Assembly (NCBI RefSeq): GCF_001457615.1
Contig: NZ_LN831024.1
Coordinates: 720,001-752,000 of the forward strand
Source: Pseudomonas aeruginosa
Lineage (GTDB): Bacteria; Pseudomonadota; Gammaproteobacteria; Pseudomonadales; Pseudomonadaceae
DNA length: 32,000 nt
Direction of reading: 5' to 3'
Both the position numbers and the translations under genes were made by a program. Positions within the stretch are counted from its first letter, which is position 1. Each line of letters begins with the position of its first letter. Below the pieces are notes generated by a model. That model saw only the letters and a program-made list of their open reading frames with translations, had not been told where the DNA came from and did no database searches. Shown here piece after piece: positions 23,623-32,000 of this stretch.

Positions 23623-25052
23623 CAGGCGACGCCGCGCTGCAAGGGCACTTCGTCCAGGCCGCCTATGGCGGACAGAGCGTCCCGCATGGCACTGAGCTTA
23701 AGGCAGGTTTCGCGATACTCGTGGGCCGGTTCCGAATCGCCTACCAGACCGCAGCCGGCGAACAGGTAGCCCCGGCCCGGCGTGAGCAGGGCCGAGCGCA
23801 GCGCCACCAGGAAATCGCCGTTGCCTTCGCTGTCGAGCCAGCCCAGCGGCGCGGCGTACCAGCCGCGGTCCATCCCTTCGTGCTGGCGGATGTAGTCCAG
23901 CGCCGCGCTGCGTGGGTAGCCGCCCACCGCGGGGGTCGGATGCAGCGCCTGCAGCAGCCGCAGGATGCCGCCTGCGTCAGCGAGGCGGGCGCGGATCGGC
24001 GTGTTCAGGTGCTGGACTCGCGCCAGTCGTTTCAGGCCGGGCGCATCGGGGATTTCCAGTACCTCGCTGAAGGGTTCCAGGGCCGTACGGATCGCCTCCA
24101 CCACCAACTGGTGTTCGTGCCTGTCCTTGGCGCTGTCCAGCAGGGCCTGTCCGAGCCGCGCATCTTCCTGGGCATCGCCGCCGCGGGCGATGGTCCCGGC
24201 CAGGGCATGGGTGAGTGCCTCGCCGGCGCGAATGCGGACCAGGCGTTCCGGGGAGGCGCCGAGGAAGCAGGCGTTGCCGCGGCGACAGGCGAACAGCTGG
24301 GCGTCGGCATGTTGCAGACGCAGGTGTTCGATGACCTGCCACGGCTCGATGTCGCCGAGAGGCCGGGCCTGGGTGCGGGCCAGCACGACCTTGCCGAAGC
24401 GTCCCTGGCGGACACTGCTTACCGCGTCGCTCACCTTGGCTTCCCATTGCCTGCGCTCCTGCGCCGAAGCGTCGCCCTGCGCGCCAGCGGTCGGCCCCGA
24501 GGGCCGGCGTCTGGCCGGCTGCCTCAGGCGCAGTAGCGCCGAGCAGTGGTAGGCGGCCAGGGCCAGGGCATCTTCGCCGGGCTTGGCCAGGTGTTGGCAG
24601 AGTACCCGGTAGCGTTCGCCCTCGCGCAGCACGGTGATGCCGGCGAGCATCAGGCTGGCATCGGCGAAGGCTTGCCAGTGTTCCTCGCGCGGGCCGCGCG
24701 GATCGAAGCGGAATCCGCCGCACAGGCGCGGCGCCAGCGGGCCCTCGACCACGGCGTCGGCGCAGAGCAATTGCCAGTTTTCCTCGATCCGGGCGAAGCG
24801 CTGTTCGCCGTGGCCTTGCAGCTCCAGGGCGCAGCCCCAGGCGAAAAACGCCAGCTCGGGCTGTTCCCAGTACAGGCAGGGCGTTTGCCGGTCGTCCCAG
24901 GCACCGAATACCTGCAGCGGGTCCAATGGGTCGATCTCGAACGACGCCGCCACCAGCACCGGACGATCGAGCGCCTGCGCCTGGCCGATGGCGCGCTCGA
25001 AGGTGCCGCGCAAGGCGTGCAGGCACTGGCTCAGGGGTGCCAGCCGGCTCAT
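23622..25052 (-). CDS. pchA: Isochorismate synthase (salicylate and pyochelin biosynthesis)
   Basis: 476 aa, MSRLAPLSQCLHALRGTFERAIGQAQALDRPVLVAASFEIDPLDPLQVF... FGKVVLARTQARPLGDIEPWQVIEHLR, AHALAGTIARGG (chorismate-binding family), CGLVGDSEPAHEYRETCLKLSAMRDAL; first gene past pchB. Start at ATG 25052, not the track's 25361. Confidence 0.95.
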   Translation of the reverse strand: MSRLAPLSQCLHALRGTFERAIGQAQALDRPVLVAASFEIDPLDPLQVFGAWDDRQTPCLYWEQPELAFFAWGCALELQGHGEQRFARIEENWQLLCADAVVEGPLAPRLCGGFRFDPRGPREEHWQAFADASLMLAGITVLREGERYRVLCQHLAKPGEDALALAAYHCSALLRLRQPARRRPSGPTAGAQGDASAQERRQWEAKVSDAVSSVRQGRFGKVVLARTQARPLGDIEPWQVIEHLRLQHADAQLFACRRGNACFLGASPERLVRIRAGEALTHALAGTIARGGDAQEDARLGQALLDSAKDRHEHQLVVEAIRTALEPFSEVLEIPDAPGLKRLARVQHLNTPIRARLADAGGILRLLQALHPTPAVGGYPRSAALDYIRQHEGMDRGWYAAPLGWLDSEGNGDFLVALRSALLTPGRGYLFAGCGLVGDSEPAHEYRETCLKLSAMRDALSAIGGLDEVPLQRGVA

Positions 25053-25354
25053 GCGGCACCCCGTGTCTGGCGCCAGTACTTGATCTGCTCGGCGATGTAC
25101 CAGTGGATGATCTGCGCGAACAGTCCCTCGACGAAGGGCGCGTCGAGTCCGTTCTCCTCGGCCCAGCGGGCGCGCTCGGGGAGCATCGCGGCGACCCGCT
25201 CGGGCGCCGGAATCGCCGCCTCGCTGGCCTTGAAGCGCGACGCCGCCTTGACGTAGTCCATGCGGCGGCCGAGGGCCTGGACGATATCCAGGTCGATCCG
25301 GTCGATGGCCTCGCGGATGTCCGCCAGGCCGGTGCAGTCTTCGGGAGTTTTCAT
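25049..25354 (-). CDS. pchB: Isochorismate-pyruvate lyase (chorismate mutase fold)
   Basis: 101 aa, MKTPEDCTGLADIREAIDRIDLDIVQALGRRMDYVKAASRFKASEAAIPAPERVAAMLPERARWAEENGLDAPFVEGLFAQIIHWYIAEQIKYWRQTRGAA. Confidence 0.97.
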   Translation of the reverse strand: MKTPEDCTGLADIREAIDRIDLDIVQALGRRMDYVKAASRFKASEAAIPAPERVAAMLPERARWAEENGLDAPFVEGLFAQIIHWYIAEQIKYWRQTRGAA

Positions 25355-26109
25355 CATGCAACCTCTCGGGAAAGGGCGTCGGGATGTGCGAGGCGGCGCA
25401 GCAGGTGCTCGATCACCGCGTCGCGCCTCTCGCTCAGGTAGAAGTGGCCGCCAGGAAAGCGCCGCAGCCTGGCGGGAGTCCGGCTGGCGTCGCTCCAGGC
25501 CTGCGCCTCGGCGGCGCTGACTTCCTCGTCGTGCTCGCCGAGGAGGACGTCGAGGGCGCAGGCCAGGGCGATGGGCTGCGCCCGTCGGTAGGTCTCGATC
25601 GCCTGGTAGTCGGCGCGCAGGATCGGCAGGAACAGCGCGCGCAGGTCGGCGTCCTCGAGTAGCTCGCTGGCGCCACCCTGGCGGCGGACGTCCTCCAGCA
25701 GCGCCGCCTCGTCGCCGCGGTGCAACGCGCCGCCGCGTTGCCGGTGCGGTGCCGGATGGGCGGAGACGAACAGGTGGCGCAGCGGCGCGCCGGCGCTTTC
25801 CAGGCGCAGGGCGGTTTCGTAGGCCAGCGCCGCGCCGAGACTGTGGCCGAACAGCGCCAGGGGCGCGTCGGCGAAATCGCGCAGGGCGAGGGCGGCGCCG
25901 TCGGAGAGGTCCTCCAGGCGGGTGGCCGGCGCCTCGTTGAAGCGGTCCTCGCGACCCGGGTACTGCAGGGCAAGCAGGTCGATGTCTGGCGGCAGGCGTT
26001 CGCTCCAGCTACGGAAGAAGCTGGCGCTGCCGCCTGCATGGGGGAAGCAGGCCAGGCGCAGGCGCGGCATCGGCGTCAGGCGGAACGGCCGGACCCAGGC
26101 GGCGCTCAT
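25354..26109 (-). CDS. pchC: Pyochelin biosynthesis type II thioesterase
   Basis: 251 aa; LRLACFPHAGGSASFFRSWSERLPPDIDLLALQYPGREDR and ALFGHSLGAALAYE catalytic serine motif. Confidence 0.96.
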   Translation of the reverse strand: MSAAWVRPFRLTPMPRLRLACFPHAGGSASFFRSWSERLPPDIDLLALQYPGREDRFNEAPATRLEDLSDGAALALRDFADAPLALFGHSLGAALAYETALRLESAGAPLRHLFVSAHPAPHRQRGGALHRGDEAALLEDVRRQGGASELLEDADLRALFLPILRADYQAIETYRRAQPIALACALDVLLGEHDEEVSAAEAQAWSDASRTPARLRRFPGGHFYLSERRDAVIEHLLRRLAHPDALSREVA

Positions 26110-27749
26110 GCGCGGGCCTCCAGCTCGCGGCGCAGGCGCTCGCGCAGGTCCTTCTTGCTGATCTTGCCGATGCCGGTTTGGGGGAAGGCCGGGACCAGCT
26201 CGATGCGGTCCGGCACCTTGAACGCGGCCAGCCCGCAGGCGTGCAGGTATTGCTTCAGCTTCAGCGCCGAGGGCGCCGGCTGGCGCGGGATGACGAAGGC
26301 GCAGGTGCGCTCGCCGAGCAGGCTGTCGGGCATCGCCACGACGGTGGCGTCGTGCACCTGCGGATGGGCTATCAGCAGGTTCTCCACCTCTTCCGCGGCG
26401 ATCTTCTCGCCGCCGCGGTTGATCTGGTCCTTATCGCGGCCCTCCACCACCAGGTAGCCGTCCTTGTCGCGGCTGACCCGGTCGCCGGTGCGGTAGAAGC
26501 CGTCCGCGCTGAAGGCCTTGGCGTTGTGTTCGGGCAGGCGGTAGTAGCCGCGGATGGTGTAGGGACCGCGCACGGTCAGTTCGCCCACCTCGCCGGGGCC
26601 GACCTCGCGGCCCTCGGCGTCGACCACCCGCACTTCGTCGTCCGGCGACAGCGGCCGGCCCTGGGTATGCAGCACGCGTTCGGGCGGATCGTCCAGGCGG
26701 GTGTAGCAGATCAGCCCCTCGGCCATTCCCAGCACCTGTTGCAACTGGCAGCCGAGCACCGGTTCGACGCGTTGCGCGGCACTGCTGCCGAGCCTGGAGC
26801 CGCCGACCTGGAGCAGACGCAGGCTGGATAGATCGGCGCGGCGGCTTTCCTGGGCATCCAGCCAGAGCATCGCCAGCGGCGGTACCAGGGCGGTGTGGGT
26901 GACCCGTTCACGGGCGATCAGGGCGAAGCAATGCTCGGGATCGGCGCGCTGGCTGACCACCACGCGGCCGCCGGCCAGCAGCGTGCCGATCACTCCGGGG
27001 CAGCAGAGAGTGAAGTTGTGCGCCATCGGCAAGCCGGTGAGGTACACCGTGTGCTCGTCGAAGCCGCAGACCTCGGCGCTGGCGCGGACGTTGTAGAGAT
27101 ACTCGCGATGACGCCGGGGAATCAGCTTCGGCGTGCCGGTGGTGCCGCCGGACAACTGGAAGCAGGCGATATCCTCGGCGCGGGCGGCGCAGTCTTCCAG
27201 CGCGTCGGCCTGGTACAGCGGTGCCAGCGCTTGCAGCGGCGCCTCGGCTTCGCCGTGGATCAGCGCCATCCGGCAGGCGCCGCTGGCGAGCAGCTCACGG
27301 GCCATCGGCCGTGGGTCGAAGCCGTCGATCCGTTCGGCGCCGATGTAGGCCTTGGCCTCGGCGAAGCGACAGAAACCGCTGATCTCATGCTGGCGATGGG
27401 CGGGGAGGGCGAGCACCGGGCGTACGCCGAGCTGGAACAGGGCGAAGCAGGTCTCGACGAAGGCGATGCCGTTGGGCAGGTGCAGCACTACCGTGTCGCC
27501 ATGTGCGAGGCCGGCCTGGCGCAGTCCGGCTGCCAGGCGGCGGCAGCGCTGGAGCAGGTCGGCATAGCTGAGCCGCTGGTCGTCGTCGCAGAGCGCGATC
27601 CGCCGCGGATGGCGCGCGGCGCTGGCGGCCAGGGCTTCGGCGAAGTTCTGGTCCTGCCAGTGGCCGGCGTCGAGATAGCGGCGGACGAAGGCGGCGGGCC
27701 AGTCGGGGGCGTCGTCGACGGCCGATGGGGTGACGGGCGAGGAAGTCAT
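26106..27749 (-). CDS. pchD: Salicyl-AMP ligase (2,3-DHB-AMP ligase family)
   Basis: 547 aa from ATG 27749, MTSSPVTPSAVDDAPDWPAAFVRRYLDAGHWQDQNFAEALAASAARHPRRIALCDDDQRLSYADL; CFQLSGGTTGTPKLIPRRH, YRTGDRVSRDKDGYLVVEGRDKDQINRGGEKI. Confidence 0.96.
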   Translation of the reverse strand: MTSSPVTPSAVDDAPDWPAAFVRRYLDAGHWQDQNFAEALAASAARHPRRIALCDDDQRLSYADLLQRCRRLAAGLRQAGLAHGDTVVLHLPNGIAFVETCFALFQLGVRPVLALPAHRQHEISGFCRFAEAKAYIGAERIDGFDPRPMARELLASGACRMALIHGEAEAPLQALAPLYQADALEDCAARAEDIACFQLSGGTTGTPKLIPRRHREYLYNVRASAEVCGFDEHTVYLTGLPMAHNFTLCCPGVIGTLLAGGRVVVSQRADPEHCFALIARERVTHTALVPPLAMLWLDAQESRRADLSSLRLLQVGGSRLGSSAAQRVEPVLGCQLQQVLGMAEGLICYTRLDDPPERVLHTQGRPLSPDDEVRVVDAEGREVGPGEVGELTVRGPYTIRGYYRLPEHNAKAFSADGFYRTGDRVSRDKDGYLVVEGRDKDQINRGGEKIAAEEVENLLIAHPQVHDATVVAMPDSLLGERTCAFVIPRQPAPSALKLKQYLHACGLAAFKVPDRIELVPAFPQTGIGKISKKDLRERLRRELEARA

Positions 27750-27790
27750 GCGATCTCCGTGGATGCGGTCGATTGCCATTGCTGGGAAAT

Positions 27791-27809
27791 GAGATTTATT
27801 ATCATTGGC
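27791..27809 (-). promoter_or_regulatory. Fur-like box at the pchD promoter
   Basis: Minus strand GCCAATGATAATAAATCTC matches the 19-bp Fur consensus GATAATGATAATCATTATC at 14/19 by hand alignment. Confidence 0.8.
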
Positions 27810-27837
27810 GGGCGGCAGGGACCGCGCAAGCCCGCGC

Positions 27838-27868
27838 CTTTCGATTGCGGGGCTTTTTCATTCGCTGC
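27838..27868 (-). promoter_or_regulatory. Candidate PchR-binding element upstream of pchD
   Basis: Minus strand GCAGCGAATGAAAAAGCCCCGCAATCGAAAG; 22/31 identical to GCATCTAACGAAACAGTCCGGCTGTCTAAAG upstream of pchE. Confidence 0.65.
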
Positions 27869-27978
27869 AGGGGCGGAGTGCAGGGCGCTTTGTCCATCTC
27901 CGCTAAAAAGTCCCCCTGCCCCCACGTATCCAGGAAGGCGTCGCCGCGTCGGCAGCGCCCGGGCTACAGGAAAACCTG

Positions 27979-28869
27979 ATGACCATCACCATCATTGCTC
28001 CGCCACAGGCCGATGCCGCCGCGCCGGCACCGGGCAACCGGCCCGGCGTCGCGCACATCGATCCGAACATGAAGCTGGTGACCGGAACCTTCTGTTCGGC
28101 CAGCGAGGACTGGTTCGAGGAACCGCTGGAGCGCGGCCTGCGCCTGATCCTCGTGCAGAGCGGCCAGTTGCGCTGCCGGATTCCCGGCCAGCCCGAGCAC
28201 CTCATCGAGGGGCCGAGCCTGTGCACCATCGCCAACGATGGCGACTTCACCTCGGCGCAGATCTACGGCACCGACAAGCCGTTGCGCTACACCATCGTCC
28301 AACTCGGCGTCGAAGCCCTGGACAGCCGCCTCGGCTGGCTGCCCGAGCAACTGATACGCCGCCCCGGCGGCGATCCGCGAATCATGAGCTGCCCGGCGCC
28401 GCGGGCGATGCAGGCGTTGGCCTCGCAGATCGCCACCTGCCAGATGCTCGGTCCGACCCGCGATCTCTACCTCGGCGGCAAGGCCCTGGAGTTGGCCGCG
28501 CTCAGCGCACAGTTCCTTTCCGGCGAGGGGCGCCCCGTCGAGGAGCCGCGCATCACCTGCTCGGAGGTCGAGCGCATCCACGCCGCCCGCGACCTGCTGG
28601 TCGGCGCCTTGCAGGAGCCGCCGTCGCTGGACACGCTGGCCAGCCGCGTGGGCATGAACCCGCGCAAGCTGACTGCCGGCTTTCGCAAGGTGTTCGGCGC
28701 CAGCGTATTCGGCTACCTGCAGGAATACCGCCTGCGCGAGGCGCACCGGATGCTCTGCGACGAAGAGGCGAACGTCTCCACGGTGGCCTACCGGGTGGGC
28801 TACAGCCCGGCGCATTTCTCCATCGCTTTCCGCAAGCGCTACGGCATCTCCCCCAGCGAGATCCGCTGA
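27979..28869 (+). CDS. pchR: AraC-family transcriptional regulator of pyochelin genes
   Basis: 296 aa; C-terminal HTH PPSLDTLASRVGMNPRKLTAGFRKVFGASVFGYLQEYRLREAHRMLCDEEANVSTVAYRVGYSPAHFSIAFRKRYGISPSEIR; divergent from pchD. Confidence 0.96.
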   Translation: MTITIIAPPQADAAAPAPGNRPGVAHIDPNMKLVTGTFCSASEDWFEEPLERGLRLILVQSGQLRCRIPGQPEHLIEGPSLCTIANDGDFTSAQIYGTDKPLRYTIVQLGVEALDSRLGWLPEQLIRRPGGDPRIMSCPAPRAMQALASQIATCQMLGPTRDLYLGGKALELAALSAQFLSGEGRPVEEPRITCSEVERIHAARDLLVGALQEPPSLDTLASRVGMNPRKLTAGFRKVFGASVFGYLQEYRLREAHRMLCDEEANVSTVAYRVGYSPAHFSIAFRKRYGISPSEIR

Positions 28870-28875
28870 GTCTCC

Positions 28876-28912
28876 GCGACGACCCCCGACCCGGCCACGG
28901 GAGGGGTGTCGC
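28876..28912 (+). terminator. Possible terminator or secondary structure after pchR
   Basis: GCGAC-G-ACCCC (28876-28886) and GGGGTGTCGC (28903-28912): 10 bp with one bulged G, inner CCCG/CGGG; no T tract, so low confidence. Confidence 0.35.
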
Positions 28913-28929
28913 CGCTGCGGGATGACGCT

Positions 28930-28960
28930 GCATCTAACGAAACAGTCCGGCTGTCTAAAG
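28930..28960 (+). promoter_or_regulatory. Candidate PchR-binding element upstream of pchE
   Basis: GCATCTAACGAAACAGTCCGGCTGTCTAAAG; 22/31 match to the inverted element upstream of pchD. Confidence 0.65.
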
Positions 28961-28999
28961 CATTGCCGGCCAGGCCTCCCAGGCAAGTGAGATAAGGTC

Positions 29000-29018
29000 G
29001 CATTTGATAATCGTTGCC
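29000..29018 (+). promoter_or_regulatory. Fur-like box overlapping the pchE -10
   Basis: GCATTTGATAATCGTTGCC matches the Fur consensus at 12/19; contains GATAAT (29006-29011). Confidence 0.65.
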
Positions 29019-29062
29019 AGGAACTGGCAACCGACCTCAGATGCTTGCCCTAGGGAGCCCCC

Positions 29063-32000
29063 ATGGATCTGCCCCCCGATTCCCGTACAGCCCTGCGCGA
29101 CTGGCTGACCGAGCAGCTCGCCGACCTGCTCGGTGAACCGCTTGCCGACGTGCGCGCCCTGGCGGACGACGACGACCTGCTGGGCTGCGGCCTCGACTCG
29201 ATCCGCCTGATGTACCTGCAGGAACGCCTGCGCGCGCGTGGCTCGACGCTGGACTTCGCCCAGTTGGCGCAGCGCCCCTGCCTGGGGGCCTGGCTCGACC
29301 TGCTGGCCTGCGCGGACCGGCTGTCCGCCCCGGCAACGGTCGCGCTGCCGACGGCGCAGGATCGCGACCAGCCGTTCGAGCTGTCTTCCGTGCAGCAGGC
29401 CTACTGGCTGGGACGTGGCGCCGGCGAGGTGCTGGGCAACGTCAGCTGCCATGCCTTCCTGGAATTCCGCACGCGGGATGTCGACCCGCAGCGCCTGGCC
29501 GCGGCGGCGGAGTGCGTGCGTCAACGCCACCCGATGTTGCGGGCGCGCTTCCTCGACGGTCGCCAGCAGATCCTTCCGACGCCGCCGCTGTCCTGCTTCG
29601 ACCTGCAGGACTGGCGCACCTTGCAGGTGGACGAGGCCGAGCGCGACTGGCAGGCGCTGCGCGACTGGCGCGCCCATGAATGCCTGGCGGTGGAGCGCGG
29701 CCAGGTGTTCCTGCTCGGGCTGGTGCGCATGCCGGGCGGCGAGGATCGCCTCTGGCTGAGTCTCGACCTGCTTGCCGCCGATGTCGAAAGCCTGCGCCTG
29801 CTGCTGGCCGAACTGGGCGTTGCCTACCTGGCGCCGGAGCGCCTGGCGGAGCCGCCGGCGCTGCATTTCGCCGACTACCTGGCACACCGTGCGGCGCAAC
29901 GCGCCGAGGCCGCGGCGCGGGCCCGCGACTACTGGCTGGAACGCCTGCCGCGCTTGCCGGACGCGCCGGCCCTGCCGTTGGCCTGCGCGCCGGAAAGCAT
30001 CCGCCAGCCGCGCACCCGGCGCCTGGCATTCCAGCTTTCCGCCGGCGAGAGCCGGCGCCTGGAGCGTCTTGCCGCGCAGCATGGCGTGACCTTGTCCAGC
30101 GTGTTCGGCTGCGCCTTCGCGCTGGTCCTGGCGCGCTGGAGCGAAAGCGCGGAATTTCTCCTCAACGTGCCGTTGTTCGATCGGCATGCCGACGACCCGC
30201 GTATCGGCGAGGTGATCGCCGACTTCACCACCCTGTTGCTGCTGGAGTGCCGGATGCAGGCCGGGGTGTCCTTCGCCGAGGCGGTGAAGAGCTTCCAGCG
30301 CAACCTCCACGGAGCCATCGACCACGCCGCATTCCCCGCCCTGGAGGTGCTCCGCGAGGCGCGCCGGCAGGGCCAGCCACGCTCGGCGCCGGTGGTGTTC
30401 GCCAGCAACCTGGGCGAGGAGGGCTTCGTCCCGGCGGCCTTCCGCGACGCTTTCGGCGATCTCCACGACATGCTCTCGCAGACCCCGCAGGTCTGGCTCG
30501 ACCACCAGCTCTACCGGGTGGGCGATGGTATCCTGCTGGCCTGGGACAGCGTCGTCGGCCTGTTCCCCGAAGGCCTGCCGGAAACCATGTTCGAAGCCTA
30601 CGTGGGGCTGCTCCAGCGTCTCTGCGACAGCGCCTGGGAGCAGCCCGCCGATCTGCCGTTGCCCTGGGCGCAGCAGGCGCGCCGGGCCCTGCTCAACGGC
30701 CAGCCGGCATGCGCCACGGCGCGCACCCTGCATCGCGACTTCTTCCTTCGCGCCGCCGAGGCGCCGGATGCCGACGCGCTGCTCTATCGCGACCAACGTG
30801 TCACCCGCGGCGAACTGGCCGAGCGTGCGCTGCGCATCGCCGGCGGCCTGCGCGAAGCCGGGGTGCGCCCTGGCGACGCGGTCGAGGTCAGCCTGCCGCG
30901 CGGACCGCAGCAGGTCGCGGCGGTATTCGGCGTGCTCGCCGCAGGCGCCTGCTACGTGCCGCTGGACATCGACCAGCCGCCCGCACGGCGGCGCCTGATC
31001 GAAGAGGCCGCCGGGGTATGCCTGGCGATCACCGAGGAGGACGATCCGCAGGCCTTGCCGCCGCGCCTGGATGTCCAGCGCCTGCTGCGCGGCCCGGCGC
31101 TGGCCGCCCCCGTGCCGCTGGCGCCGCAGGCGAGTGCCTATGTGATCTACACCTCGGGCTCCACCGGGGTGCCCAAGGGCGTCGAGGTCAGCCACGCGGC
31201 GGCGATCAATACCATCGACGCGCTGCTCGACCTGCTGCGGGTGGACGCATCGGACCGCTTGCTGGCGGTCTCCGCGCTGGACTTCGATCTGTCGGTCTTC
31301 GACCTGTTCGGCGGCCTCGGCGCCGGTGCCAGCCTGGTCCTGCCGGCCCAGGAACAGGCGCGCGATGCCGCTGCCTGGGCGGAGGCTATCCAGCGGCATG
31401 CGGTGAGCCTGTGGAACTCGGCGCCGGCCTTGCTGGAGATGGCCCTCAGCCTGCCGGCGAGCCAGGCCGACTATCGCAGTCTGCGGGCGGTGCTGCTGTC
31501 CGGCGACTGGGTGGCTCTGGACCTGCCCGGCCGCCTGCGCCCACGTTGTGCCGAAGGCTGCCGCCTGCATGTGCTGGGTGGCGCTACCGAAGCGGGCATC
31601 TGGTCGAACCTGCAGAGCGTCGATACGGTGCCGCCGCACTGGCGTTCGATTCCCTACGGCCGGCCATTGCCGGGACAGGCCTACCGGGTGGTCGACACCC
31701 ACGGGCGCGACGTGCCGGACCTGGTGGTCGGCGAGCTGTGGATCGGCGGCGCCAGCCTGGCCCGCAGCTATCGCAACGATCCCGAACTCAGCGCCCGGCG
31801 CTTCGTCCACGATGCCCAGGGCCGCTGGTATCGCACCGGCGATCGCGGTCGCTACTGGGGCGACGGTACCCTGGAATTCCTCGGTCGGGTCGACCAGCAG
31901 GTGAAAGTGCGCGGCCAGCGCATCGAGTTGGGCGAGGTGGAGGCCGCGCTGTGCGCCCAGGCTGGCGTGGAGAGCGCCTGCGCGGCGGTGCTCGGCGGTG
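29063..32000 (+). CDS. pchE: Pyochelin NRPS PchE (dihydroaeruginoic acid synthetase), 5' part, truncated by window end
   Basis: Open frame from ATG 29063 to the window end. ArCP motif LLGCGLDSIRLMYL; Cy domain FELSSVQQAYWLGRGAGEVLGNVSCHAFLEF...; A domain YVIYTSGSTGVPKGVEVSHAAA, WYRTGDRGRYW, KVRGQRIELGEVEA. Confidence 0.96.
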   Translation, partial: MDLPPDSRTALRDWLTEQLADLLGEPLADVRALADDDDLLGCGLDSIRLMYLQERLRARGSTLDFAQLAQRPCLGAWLDLLACADRLSAPATVALPTAQDRDQPFELSSVQQAYWLGRGAGEVLGNVSCHAFLEFRTRDVDPQRLAAAAECVRQRHPMLRARFLDGRQQILPTPPLSCFDLQDWRTLQVDEAERDWQALRDWRAHECLAVERGQVFLLGLVRMPGGEDRLWLSLDLLAADVESLRLLLAELGVAYLAPERLAEPPALHFADYLAHRAAQRAEAAARARDYWLERLPRLPDAPALPLACAPESIRQPRTRRLAFQLSAGESRRLERLAAQHGVTLSSVFGCAFALVLARWSESAEFLLNVPLFDRHADDPRIGEVIADFTTLLLLECRMQAGVSFAEAVKSFQRNLHGAIDHAAFPALEVLREARRQGQPRSAPVVFASNLGEEGFVPAAFRDAFGDLHDMLSQTPQVWLDHQLYRVGDGILLAWDSVVGLFPEGLPETMFEAYVGLLQRLCDSAWEQPADLPLPWAQQARRALLNGQPACATARTLHRDFFLRAAEAPDADALLYRDQRVTRGELAERALRIAGGLREAGVRPGDAVEVSLPRGPQQVAAVFGVLAAGACYVPLDIDQPPARRRLIEEAAGVCLAITEEDDPQALPPRLDVQRLLRGPALAAPVPLAPQASAYVIYTSGSTGVPKGVEVSHAAAINTIDALLDLLRVDASDRLLAVSALDFDLSVFDLFGGLGAGASLVLPAQEQARDAAAWAEAIQRHAVSLWNSAPALLEMALSLPASQADYRSLRAVLLSGDWVALDLPGRLRPRCAEGCRLHVLGGATEAGIWSNLQSVDTVPPHWRSIPYGRPLPGQAYRVVDTHGRDVPDLVVGELWIGGASLARSYRNDPELSARRFVHDAQGRWYRTGDRGRYWGDGTLEFLGRVDQQVKVRGQRIELGEVEAALCAQAGVESACAAVLGG

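Noticed and set aside
24032-27567. Many medium ORFs opposite or out of frame in the pch genes
   Set aside because: All overlap well-supported pchA-D genes and read as Arg/Pro/Ala-rich noise.
28955-31810. 951-aa ORF on minus strand opposite pchE
   Set aside because: Antisense to an unambiguous NRPS; Arg/Gln/His/Ala-rich composition is a codon-bias shadow.

Overview
The window looks like Pseudomonas aeruginosa chromosome. This identification is inference from protein content and codon usage; no database search was run. On the + strand it contains the 3' part of fusA, tufA, and the full S10-spc-alpha ribosomal protein cluster (rpsJ to rplQ, including secY and rpoA), then the catalase gene katA and the ferritin-like bfrA/ftnA. 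uvrA follows on the minus strand, then a YajR-like MFS transporter gene and ssb (+). The right end is the pyochelin siderophore locus: pchDCBA (-), pchR (+) and the 5' part of pchE (+, truncated by the window end). I see no CRISPR array, tRNA, rRNA, transposase or prophage, and no evidence for an undescribed system. The most interesting signals are non-coding. (1) Three gaps in the ribosomal cluster (tufA/rpsJ, rpsN/rpsH, rpmJ/rpsM) each have a strong hairpin next to or overlapping a 17-bp-spaced sigma70-like promoter. (2) The divergent pchD and pchE promoters share an imperfect 31-bp element (22/31 identical) placed upstream of a GATAAT core embedded in a Fur-like sequence. The spacing differs by 11 bp, about one helical turn. 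(3) The product of the gene usually named bfrA has Thr at the position of the Bfr haem-ligand Met52.
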